Source: Candidatus Hydrothermarchaeota archaeon
Lineage (GTDB): Archaea > CAYFZR01
Assembly: GCA_046760505.1 (NCBI GenBank)
Contig: JBHIEG010000034.1
Span: forward strand, 1-17,038
Reading direction: 5' to 3'
Length of the DNA: 17,038 nt
Part shown: piece by piece, positions 1-7,157 of the stretch
Position numbering within the stretch: the stretch's first letter is position 1
Layout: every line of letters begins with the position of its first letter
Program-made: the position numbers and the translations under genes
The notes under the pieces: generated by a model
What the model was told of the DNA's origin: nothing
The model's input: the letters and a program-made list of their open reading frames with translations, nothing else
The model's database searches: none

Positions 1-377
1 GTGAAATCTGCGATCGGTGGCTGGTTAACAGGTGCAGGAAAATCATTTGGATCACCTGGGAAGGTTAGAGCGTTAATCTCCTCTATGTTAGTGAAACCAT
101 CACTATCAGAATCTATTCCTTCTATAGCTACGAAGTCATAACCGTATGCCTGATAGTCCCGCCCATAGTAGTTTACTGGTTTTTTACCTGCCGGAAATAA
201 CCCCGGGGTATGACATGTATCGCAACTATCCAGTTTTGTACCTATGGTATTCGGATATTGAGTTGTAAAGGCGGTGAGATATATACTCTTTGCCATAACC
301 ACTGACGTAAAGATCACTGTTGTCATTAAAACCACTGTAAAAATAGCAATATACTTCTGTCTCTTGTTTACTTCCAT
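1..377 (-). CDS. Secreted c-type cytochrome domain protein with Ca-binding DxDxDG motif and probable PKD domain; runs off the left edge
   Basis: Manual translation from ATG 377: MEVNKRQKYIAIFTVVLMTTVIFTSVVMA|KSIYLTAFTTQYPNTIGTKLDSCDTCHTPGLFPAGKKPVNYYGRDYQAYGYDFVAIEGIDSDSDGFTNIEEINALTFPGDPNDFPAPVNQPPIADF. Signal peptide, CDTCH at 210-224, DSDSDGFTNIEE loop, NQPPIADF typical of a PKD domain start. SD GGGGGTGA at 385-392; no stop to the window edge. Confidence 0.85.
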   Translation of the reverse strand, partial: MEVNKRQKYIAIFTVVLMTTVIFTSVVMAKSIYLTAFTTQYPNTIGTKLDSCDTCHTPGLFPAGKKPVNYYGRDYQAYGYDFVAIEGIDSDSDGFTNIEEINALTFPGDPNDFPAPVNQPPIADF

Positions 378-403
378 AACGTTTTCACCCCCTCGTGCTC
401 ACT

Positions 404-426
404 GGTACGTAGGTATCCTACGTACC
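404..426. promoter_or_regulatory. Perfect inverted repeat, candidate operator or 5'-UTR hairpin of the cytochrome gene
   Basis: GGTACGTAGG-tat-CCTACGTACC (10-3-10), between an AT-rich TATA-like tract (~436-452) and the SD. Confidence 0.55.
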
Positions 427-626
427 GTCAGATAATTATAACATATATTATAGAAGTTTTTTGGATTCTGTGATCTTTTACGATAAATTTGGAGATGGAG
501 TTCTTAGATAATAGCATAACAATCGCAAATCAGTCTTTAAAAATTCCCAGGTAATTTTTGAGTAATTAACTCTTAAAAATTTCCAAGAGCCAAAGATTAA
601 AGTATTCTCACAAGAAAAATTATTTT

Positions 627-1565
627 ATGGAAGGTGCAAAAATCACGTTTATTACGTTCGTTCTTCTTTATACCTTGACTATCTGTTGTTCTGCCAATTT
701 TACCTTCAGCAACTTTTCCATCTCAATCGACATCCTTAGGGAAGACAGAATCTATGAGAGAGTCTCATTTGATTTGGAAAACACTGGTGTAAACCCCATC
801 CGGGAGGTGGAGTTTAACCTGTTCGAGTCTCCTAGGCAGGTATTCGTATGGGATGAAGAAGGATCGCTTCCTTTTTATGTCGAAGAAGGCGACATACTCG
901 TGATAAAACTTAGAAAACCCCTTATAACAGGAGAAAAGTCGAGAATTTCCATGGAACTTGAGATTCCCGGCATGGTAGTACCCTACTATGAAAACCATCT
1001 TTTGACATTTGCATATCTCCCCAAAACAAATATTTCTGGCTTCTCTTTAAAGGTATATTTACCGACCGGAGCCTCTTTGGCATTAACCGAAGTTGGAAGA
1101 GGTTTTCAGGCAGTTTATCCTACACCCACCAGCATTAACACAGATGGTCACCGAATCATTGTGAACTGGTACAGGGAAAAACTGAATCCTGGGAAGGACT
1201 TCCGAATATTGCTTATATTCGCTTTTCCAAAAGAAAAAGCCGGTAAAAATTATCTTATTCTGGTAGCCTTTATTATAGGAATCGTTTCCGGATTATCTGT
1301 TATGTATCTTCGTTTTAGAGGAGATAAAAAGAGGACAGAAAGAATCTTACACATGGTCTTGAGTGAAGATGAACAAAGAATATACGATCTGATCGTTGGA
1401 TTTGGTGGAGAAACGATTCAGAGTGAGCTGGCAAAAAGGACTGATTTTTCCAAGGCGAAGCTCAGCGGAATTCTAAGAAATCTCGAGGAGAAAGGTCTCA
1501 TAGAAAGGAAACCCTATAAAAAGACGAATATAGTAAAACTCACAAAAGAAATAAAAAAAGAATGA
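627..1565 (+). CDS. Membrane-anchored transcriptional regulator (COG2512-like): signal peptide, extracellular beta-rich domain, TM helix, C-terminal winged HTH
   Basis: Hydrophobic N-terminus; TM YLILVAFIIGIVSGLSVMYL followed by basic residues; MarR-like wHTH LSEDEQRIYDLI...IQSELAKRTDFSKAKLSGILRNLEEKGLIERKPYKKTNIVKL. Confidence 0.8.
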   Translation: MEGAKITFITFVLLYTLTICCSANFTFSNFSISIDILREDRIYERVSFDLENTGVNPIREVEFNLFESPRQVFVWDEEGSLPFYVEEGDILVIKLRKPLITGEKSRISMELEIPGMVVPYYENHLLTFAYLPKTNISGFSLKVYLPTGASLALTEVGRGFQAVYPTPTSINTDGHRIIVNWYREKLNPGKDFRILLIFAFPKEKAGKNYLILVAFIIGIVSGLSVMYLRFRGDKKRTERILHMVLSEDEQRIYDLIVGFGGETIQSELAKRTDFSKAKLSGILRNLEEKGLIERKPYKKTNIVKLTKEIKKE

Positions 1566-1568
1566 GGT

Positions 1569-2414
1569 CTAATGACCTCTAGGCATGCTTGCAGGTTTTC
1601 CGACTCTACTTGGAATGGTTACCGGCGACTGGGTCTCATTTTTCTCTGCTTCTTTGCTCTCTCCAGATACTTCTTCTATACTAGCGGGAATGGTTGATGG
1701 CGGTCCTGGAGTGGTTGGTTTTTTACCGTCTCTCTGTTCTCCAGCCTTGGCTCTTGTCTCTTCTACCCTTTTTTTTGCTTCCCTAGCTTGTCCAATTCCT
1801 TCTTCAGTCTCTTCGCCTCTCTCCTCTCTTTTCATCCCTGCTTCCTCGGTTTCCTTCCTCTTCATTCTTGCTTCTTCAGCCTCTATTCTTTTTGTCTTGT
1901 TTATACTCTCCAGTGCCTGTTCGTGACCTCTCATCGATACCACGAGAGCGTGTTCAATCGCTGGTTTCGCTACATCAGGAACTTTATCGCGCGCGCGTTC
2001 AAGCATCGTTTTGTGCCTTAAGGTTGCTTCCGCGACGATAGCCCTTACCTCACTGACATTCTTGCCTTCAGACTCAGCGATATCTAAATCATTTGCCACT
2101 GCCTGCATATTATCTTCGTATTCATCTATCAATTCTTCTGTGTACTCAGTGTTACCCTCCTCTGCAAGCGCCAAGAGCTCAGCAAGTCTAGTTTCAGCGA
2201 TTTTAAGGCGCTTTTTAGCTCTTTCAGTCTTGTCAAATGTTAAAAACAGCGTGATTTTTTCCCATGCTTTTTTTAGTCCGTAAAGGGCGCTTCCAGGCAT
2301 GATACTCGGCTTTTCAAACTGAACCTTACTTTGGGGAGCATCTGTTCCAGCCAAAGCGACATTGGGAAATATGAACATCGTAGCAACCATTATTGCAAGT
2401 ATTTTCTTTATCAT
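1569..2414 (-). CDS. Secreted DUF5667-like helical protein with charged and Pro/Thr-rich low-complexity tail
   Basis: Signal peptide MIKKILAIMVATMFIFPNVALA; motif PGSALYGLKKAWEKI...AETRLAE resembles DUF5667. ATG 2414 preferred over GTG 2426 because the AGGTGG overlapping that GTG serves as SD for the ATG. Confidence 0.75.
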   Translation of the reverse strand: MIKKILAIMVATMFIFPNVALAGTDAPQSKVQFEKPSIMPGSALYGLKKAWEKITLFLTFDKTERAKKRLKIAETRLAELLALAEEGNTEYTEELIDEYEDNMQAVANDLDIAESEGKNVSEVRAIVAEATLRHKTMLERARDKVPDVAKPAIEHALVVSMRGHEQALESINKTKRIEAEEARMKRKETEEAGMKREERGEETEEGIGQAREAKKRVEETRAKAGEQRDGKKPTTPGPPSTIPASIEEVSGESKEAEKNETQSPVTIPSRVGKPASMPRGH

Positions 2415-2651
2415 TTGTTTAGCCACCTTTTTCCTCTTTGCTCTAGTTTATGAAAAAACGACTATTTTATTTCTCTGATCAAACCGTTCATGCGAACCAA
2501 GAGAAATTGTCTAAGATTGGATAATTTTATCCACAAACGTCTCTAACCTTTCATTTCCTTTCATCAAACTTAAGATCTAGAGTTTGAAATGTCCAGGTTC
2601 GGTTCTCGGAACTTTGATTTAAATGGATCAAAAGCCAAAAAATAGGAGAAA

Positions 2652-2706
2652 CCATCAGCGCTCATAGGGCTCATCATCAAATCAGACCCATTCTTCATCA
2701 TCTGAG
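2652..2706 (-). ncRNA. Box C/D guide sRNA, sR-tMet-like, predicted to guide Cm34 of intron-containing pre-tRNA-Met
   Basis: Minus strand: C AUGAUGA (2701-2695), guide AGAAUGGGU, D' CUGA (2685-2682), C' AUGAUGA (2677-2671), guide GCCCUAUGAGCG, D CUGA (2658-2655). All four boxes are consensus. BRE/TATA-like GAAAAGA-TATTAAAT upstream at 2750-2736. Confidence 0.9.
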
Positions 2707-2804
2707 GAATCTGTCTTTACCCTATGTATTTTTACATTTAATATCTTTTCTATTTTTTATTGTTAGATTACCCTATTGTTGGATTCAACTAAATAACTAA
2801 TTGT

Positions 2805-3314
2805 TCAAAAAAGGATGTTGTAGAAGAGAATCTTTGCAAAATAAATCAAGCCAGCCAGAATTGTGACCCACAAAATCGATGTCGTCGCTGCTTGAAGAAT
2901 GTTTATTTCACCTTCCTCATTAATGTTTTTTCCAAGTATGAATGCTCCTATGGAAGTAACTATCCCATAACTGTTGACTATCCCGATTAAACTTAGAACG
3001 ATTAAAATCCGCTCTATTTTTTCTAAATGTCTATGTTTATGAATATTGTATGCCAAATAAATCAAAATTAAGATAACAATAAATGAAAGGCCTATGCTCA
3101 GCATATTGGATATTGCTTTGGCCATTGCAGGAAGTTCATCGATAAAAATAACGTTTTGAGCGAGCATTACACCCAGTAACACGCCAGTGATTACTGCCAG
3201 GGCTAGTGATATCAGAAGTGGAGGGATTCCTATCGCTAATAAACCAATAGAGGCACATAATAATCTTTCTCTCCATTTAAGGGTGGCAAGTTGATGGGGA
3301 GAGTACAATTTCAT
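2805..3314 (-). CDS. Hypothetical integral membrane protein (4-5 TM helices)
   Basis: 169-aa hydrophobic ORF; start overlaps the DHS stop (ATGA). Confidence 0.75.
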   Translation of the reverse strand: MKLYSPHQLATLKWRERLLCASIGLLAIGIPPLLISLALAVITGVLLGVMLAQNVIFIDELPAMAKAISNMLSIGLSFIVILILIYLAYNIHKHRHLEKIERILIVLSLIGIVNSYGIVTSIGAFILGKNINEEGEINILQAATTSILWVTILAGLIYFAKILFYNILF

Positions 3315-4288
3315 TTGTTTAACCTCTCTCTCAAAGAGGAGATTAAAATAGGCAGCAATATAGTTGCGTCTCCGACTAAATCTACAATTTTAGCATCTTT
3401 GTTAATTTTTCCCCAGGATATTGCTTCCTCTAAAGATGCACCGCTTAATCCGCCGTATTCTGGTCTATCAGCACGTATTTGGATTGCAAATTCAAATCCT
3501 TTTTGGCTCATGAGCATTGATTGGAGAATAAAGTTTTTTGGTACTCCTCCTCCAACTATCAAAACACCGTTGGATTCACTCTCGAATACAATATCCAAAA
3601 TCTTTGATATGTCTTCCAAGATGTTTAGTGAGATTTCATTTTCTTGGGAGAAAAACCATGTGTGTAATCCAAGAATTGAGTCGATGAATGCAGGAACAAA
3701 TACAGGTACTCTTCTAATACTTGCTTGTCTTAGAATAGATCTTTCATCCTTTAACCTCAATCCAATTTCGTATAGAAGATCACTGATAGAGATCGACTCT
3801 CTTTTTTCTTCGGGCAAATCTGTCAGAAGTTGATAAATACCTTTTTCAAGTTTAATAAAAGATTCATCATCTATATAAGAGTCATATATCCTGCTTATTT
3901 TTTCATCTCTTAACTTAATATCTTTTATCCTTTTATCTCTTACTCTATCACCTCTATCCATCAGTTCATAACTTTTGGAGTTATTTTCCTTGTAGTGAGA
4001 TCCTCCAAATGCTTCAACTAAATCATGGGTTATGTTTGCACCCGTGGTGACCAATACATCTAAAAAACCATCTTTAATCATATCAGAGATCACATATCTC
4101 AAGCCTGCTGGTACCATGGCTCCAGCAAGACCCAAAAATAGTGTACACCTTTCGTTCGAGACCATCTCTTCAAGCACATCTAAGGCGAGAGAAAGACGCC
4201 CGGCGTTGAAAGCAGCTGAAGAGAATTCTTTTAGCAGATCCCCTACCGTTTTTACATCCTTAAGTTCCACTTGCCTGATCTTCTTCAT
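3311..4288 (-). CDS. dys: Deoxyhypusine synthase
   Basis: LAGAMVPAGLR, VTTGANITHD, GGGVPKNF, GGLSGASLEEAISWGK (catalytic Lys); directly downstream of aIF5A. Confidence 0.93.
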   Translation of the reverse strand: MKKIRQVELKDVKTVGDLLKEFSSAAFNAGRLSLALDVLEEMVSNERCTLFLGLAGAMVPAGLRYVISDMIKDGFLDVLVTTGANITHDLVEAFGGSHYKENNSKSYELMDRGDRVRDKRIKDIKLRDEKISRIYDSYIDDESFIKLEKGIYQLLTDLPEEKRESISISDLLYEIGLRLKDERSILRQASIRRVPVFVPAFIDSILGLHTWFFSQENEISLNILEDISKILDIVFESESNGVLIVGGGVPKNFILQSMLMSQKGFEFAIQIRADRPEYGGLSGASLEEAISWGKINKDAKIVDLVGDATILLPILISSLRERLNK

Positions 4289-4320
4289 ATTTTACCATTC
4301 TATATTTTAAGTTTTTATGT

Positions 4321-4707
4321 TTATTTTACCCTTGATACCTTCATTTTATCCAATGAAATCCAGTATTCTATTTCAGCACCTTCTACGAGTTCTTTCTCAA
4401 GGTCTTTGGGCTTTTCAAGTTCAAAGACGTCATAAGTTTCTAGATCCATTAGTTGTACCGTATTTTCCATTACCGCTATAACCTGAGCACTCTTTTTCTC
4501 GATGATCGGAACCTCTATCTTTGAATCGACCGGTTTAACCAGACTTCTTTTCTGATCGTCAAAAATACCGATTGCCTCGATGCGTGCTTTTGCTGAGCCA
4601 TGTTTTCCAGTTTGAGAGGTTGATATCGAAACTATCCTGCATGGCTCATTGTCTATAATTACATGACCGCCAGTTTTTAGGGATCTTACTTCCACGATCT
4701 TCTTCAT
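4321..4707 (-). CDS. eif5a: Translation factor aIF5A (eIF-5A)
   Basis: Hypusination loop SQTGKHGSAKAR; QLMDLETY; 128 aa. Confidence 0.97.
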   Translation of the reverse strand: MKKIVEVRSLKTGGHVIIDNEPCRIVSISTSQTGKHGSAKARIEAIGIFDDQKRSLVKPVDSKIEVPIIEKKSAQVIAVMENTVQLMDLETYDVFELEKPKDLEKELVEGAEIEYWISLDKMKVSRVK

Positions 4708-4739
4708 TTTTGTTCCCTCATCAAAAAATCAGAAACACA

Positions 4740-4747
4740 TTTAATAA
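4740..4747. promoter_or_regulatory. TATA element in the 71-bp divergent aIF5A/phosphatase spacer, possibly bidirectional
   Basis: TTTAATAA on plus, TTATTAAA on minus, about 32 nt from each start codon (4707 and 4779). Confidence 0.5.
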
Positions 4748-4778
4748 GGTTTTGGTATCTGAATCATTGAGGGATCAT

Positions 4779-5579
4779 ATGAAAAAATGGTTGAAGATAT
4801 CAAAAGAAATTCTCTCTGAGATACAGAGAAGCGTGAGCTCCTGTGTTGGGACAAGCGAGGCTGGTGAAGTCCTTTGTATGGGGGCAGATGGCACTCCAAC
4901 AATGAGAATCGACGATCTTGCGGAACATGTTGTTCTCGAGTACCTTGAAAAAAGAAATCTCGATGCTTGGATATTGAGCGAAGAGCTTGGTTTAAAGAAA
5001 GGTGACAACGATATAATAATAGTAATAGACCCATTAGACGGTACGGACAATGCCATAAAAGGAATACCAATGTTTTCTTCTTCCGTAGCGGTAGGAAAAA
5101 TTGAGAACAGCAATATTAATTTGATAACAGGCGCTGTTAGAAACTTAGTAACAGGAGACATTTTTGAGGCTATTAAAGGACATGGAGCCTACTTGAATGG
5201 GAGAAAAATAAGAGCATCTAGGACAGAGAACTTGGAGGATGCCTGTCTCGGATTATACATATATGGTTTTGATCTTGACACGGTAAAAAACCTCTGTTCC
5301 AGCGTGAAAAGATCCAGATTGTTCGGCTCTATTGCCCTAGAATTGTGTTTCGTTGCAAATTCAAGTTACGATATATTTGTTGATATCAGGGGGAGTGCCA
5401 GAATAACCGATCTTGCTGCCGGAATCGTTATAGTTGAAGAAGCAGGTGGAATCGTAACCGATCACAGAGGAAACCCCATAATACCAACCTTTGACATTAA
5501 CACAGGCACTTCAGTATTTGCAGCAGGAAATAGAGTACTTCTCCAGAAAGCAATGGAAAAGGTGATGATAAATGATTAA
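4779..5579 (+). CDS. suhB: Inositol monophosphatase/FBPase-family phosphatase, probable NADP(H) phosphatase
   Basis: MGADGTPT, LSEE, DPLDGTDNA, RITDLAAG. ATG 4779 (MKKWLK) preferred over TTG 4710, which would leave no promoter space. Confidence 0.88.
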   Translation: MKKWLKISKEILSEIQRSVSSCVGTSEAGEVLCMGADGTPTMRIDDLAEHVVLEYLEKRNLDAWILSEELGLKKGDNDIIIVIDPLDGTDNAIKGIPMFSSSVAVGKIENSNINLITGAVRNLVTGDIFEAIKGHGAYLNGRKIRASRTENLEDACLGLYIYGFDLDTVKNLCSSVKRSRLFGSIALELCFVANSSYDIFVDIRGSARITDLAAGIVIVEEAGGIVTDHRGNPIIPTFDINTGTSVFAAGNRVLLQKAMEKVMIND

Positions 5580-6393
5580 AACGATAGGAATCATCGCAAA
5601 GAGGCACAAAAAAGCCTCAAAAATCGCGAAACGCTTAGTTAAAATTTCATTGAATAGGGGGCTCACCCCAGTTCTTGAGGAATCCACTGCAGAGATGATT
5701 AATCGACAGGATCTGGGCGTACCGCTAGAGGACATTGATGCAGATGTAATATTTACGGTGGGAGGAGACGGAACCATACTACTGGTAGAAAGACATTTAA
5801 AAAAAGAAATACCAATATGTGGCATAAATATAGGCGGTGTGGGCTTTTTAACAGAGATATCTCCAGAAAATACCGAATTTGCATTAGATAACATCATAGA
5901 GGGGAGATACGGGATAGAAGAGAGAAGCAAGATCTCCCTTTCTATAGGGGGAGAACCTCTGCCAGATGCATTAAACGAAGTTGTAATCATGACATTTATG
6001 CCTGGAAAGATGCTAAATTTAGAGGTATGGGTAAACGGTCAGCTTGCAGAAAGTTTTGGAACAGATGGGATAATTCTTGCGACTCCAACAGGCTCTACCG
6101 CATACGCAATGTCGGCTGGAGGTCCAATAATTGATCCAAGGGTTGATGCCTTCGTTATAGTCCCTATTTGCCCATTTAAACTTAGCGCTCGCCCGCTTGT
6201 TGTTCCTTCAGATAGCTTGGTTAAGGTAAAAATAACAAAACCAGAGATGAGATCTATAGTTGTTGTAGACGGACAGTATGAGAGAAAAGTTAAGATTGAG
6301 ACCGAATTTTTAATTAAAAAATCAAAGAGAAAGGCTCACTTCATAAAGTTCTCAGAAGACTTTTACGAAAAGGTAAGAGAGAAAATTGGTTAA
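5572..6393 (+). CDS. nadK: NAD kinase
   Basis: GGDGT, LNE, DGIILATPTGSTAYAMSAGGP; overlaps upstream gene by 8 nt. Confidence 0.96.
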   Translation: MIKTIGIIAKRHKKASKIAKRLVKISLNRGLTPVLEESTAEMINRQDLGVPLEDIDADVIFTVGGDGTILLVERHLKKEIPICGINIGGVGFLTEISPENTEFALDNIIEGRYGIEERSKISLSIGGEPLPDALNEVVIMTFMPGKMLNLEVWVNGQLAESFGTDGIILATPTGSTAYAMSAGGPIIDPRVDAFVIVPICPFKLSARPLVVPSDSLVKVKITKPEMRSIVVVDGQYERKVKIETEFLIKKSKRKAHFIKFSEDFYEKVREKIG

Positions 6394-6598
6394 TCAGAAG
6401 TGGGTTATATCATAGTTTATACTGAATTTACACTATTTTAACCTATCACCCCCTCTCTACAGCCCAATATGAGAAACGGAGAGAAGTGCAAAATTCATAT
6501 TAAATTTGCCCCATCTTACTACTTCACATTTCCCATACACCGATAGTTTTTGTTATCCAGCATATCCTCTTCAGATGTTTGGCCCTAGCAAAGAAACA

Positions 6599-6636
6599 TT
6601 TAAAAATGTCAACCTATTCCTTTTCTTAGGTTGACA
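6599..6636 (+). promoter_or_regulatory. TATA box plus BirA-type biotin operator
   Basis: TTTAAAAA (6599-6606) then TGTCAACCTA-N10-TAGGTTGACA (6607-6636), i.e. TGTCAAC-N16-GTTGACA, matching the BirA consensus; ends 2 nt before the bioY ATG. Confidence 0.88.
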
Positions 6637-6638
6637 AT

Positions 6639-7157
6639 ATGGAAATCAAAGGAATGGTCTACGCATCTTTGTTTGCTTGTCTCACGGTGGTAGGAGCGTA
6701 TATTGCTATACCAATAGGTCCTGTTCCAATAACTCTGCAAACTTTTTTTGTTCTACTCGCCGGCTCTGTTTTAGGCTCTTATCTTGGAGCATTAAGCATG
6801 CTGGTTTATGTTCTACTGGGTTTAATTGGCATACCTGCGTTTGCCAAAGGCACGTCTGGAATAGCTCATCTGATAGGACCTACGGGAGGTTACTTGATTG
6901 GTTTTATAGTATGCGCATACGTGGTAGGTTTATTTATCGAGAAGAGAGGTAAGACTTTTTTGAATAACATTATAGCCATGACAATTGGCTCGGCAATAAT
7001 ATACATTTTTGGTGTTGGTTGGCTTTCCTTTTCCTTGAAAATTAACATTGAAAAAGCCATATTCATAGGAATGGTGCCTTTTCTCGTAGGAGACTTTCTT
7101 AAGTTAGTCGCAGCCTCATACTTATCGACGAGAATTGACATCGAGGTAAGAAAATGA
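6639..7157 (+). CDS. bioY: Biotin ECF transporter S component BioY
   Basis: PVPITLQT, GLIGIPAFA, GPTGGYLIGF, PFLVGDFLK; BirA box upstream. Confidence 0.96.
   Translation: MEIKGMVYASLFACLTVVGAYIAIPIGPVPITLQTFFVLLAGSVLGSYLGALSMLVYVLLGLIGIPAFAKGTSGIAHLIGPTGGYLIGFIVCAYVVGLFIEKRGKTFLNNIIAMTIGSAIIYIFGVGWLSFSLKINIEKAIFIGMVPFLVGDFLKLVAASYLSTRIDIEVRK

Noticed and set aside
553-582. Imperfect AT-rich dyad around GAGTAATTAACTC upstream of the regulator
   Set aside because: Short, bulged and AT-rich; not distinguishable from chance.
1805-1885. Imperfect 30-nt repeats in the DUF5667-like gene, considered as CRISPR or mobile repeat
   Set aside because: In-frame protein repeat (EAEEARMKRK/ETEEAGMKRE) without spacers.
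1987-1998. CG dinucleotide run (cgcgcgcgcg)
   Set aside because: Within coding sequence (Glu-Arg-Ala-Arg); too short to imply a function.
6394-6598. 205-bp gap with SD-like GAGGGGGTGA on the minus strand and an imperfect hairpin at ~6488-6509
   Set aside because: No usable ORF follows the SD, minus-strand ATG ORFs are only 13-14 codons, and no tRNA or C/D box set is recognisable.
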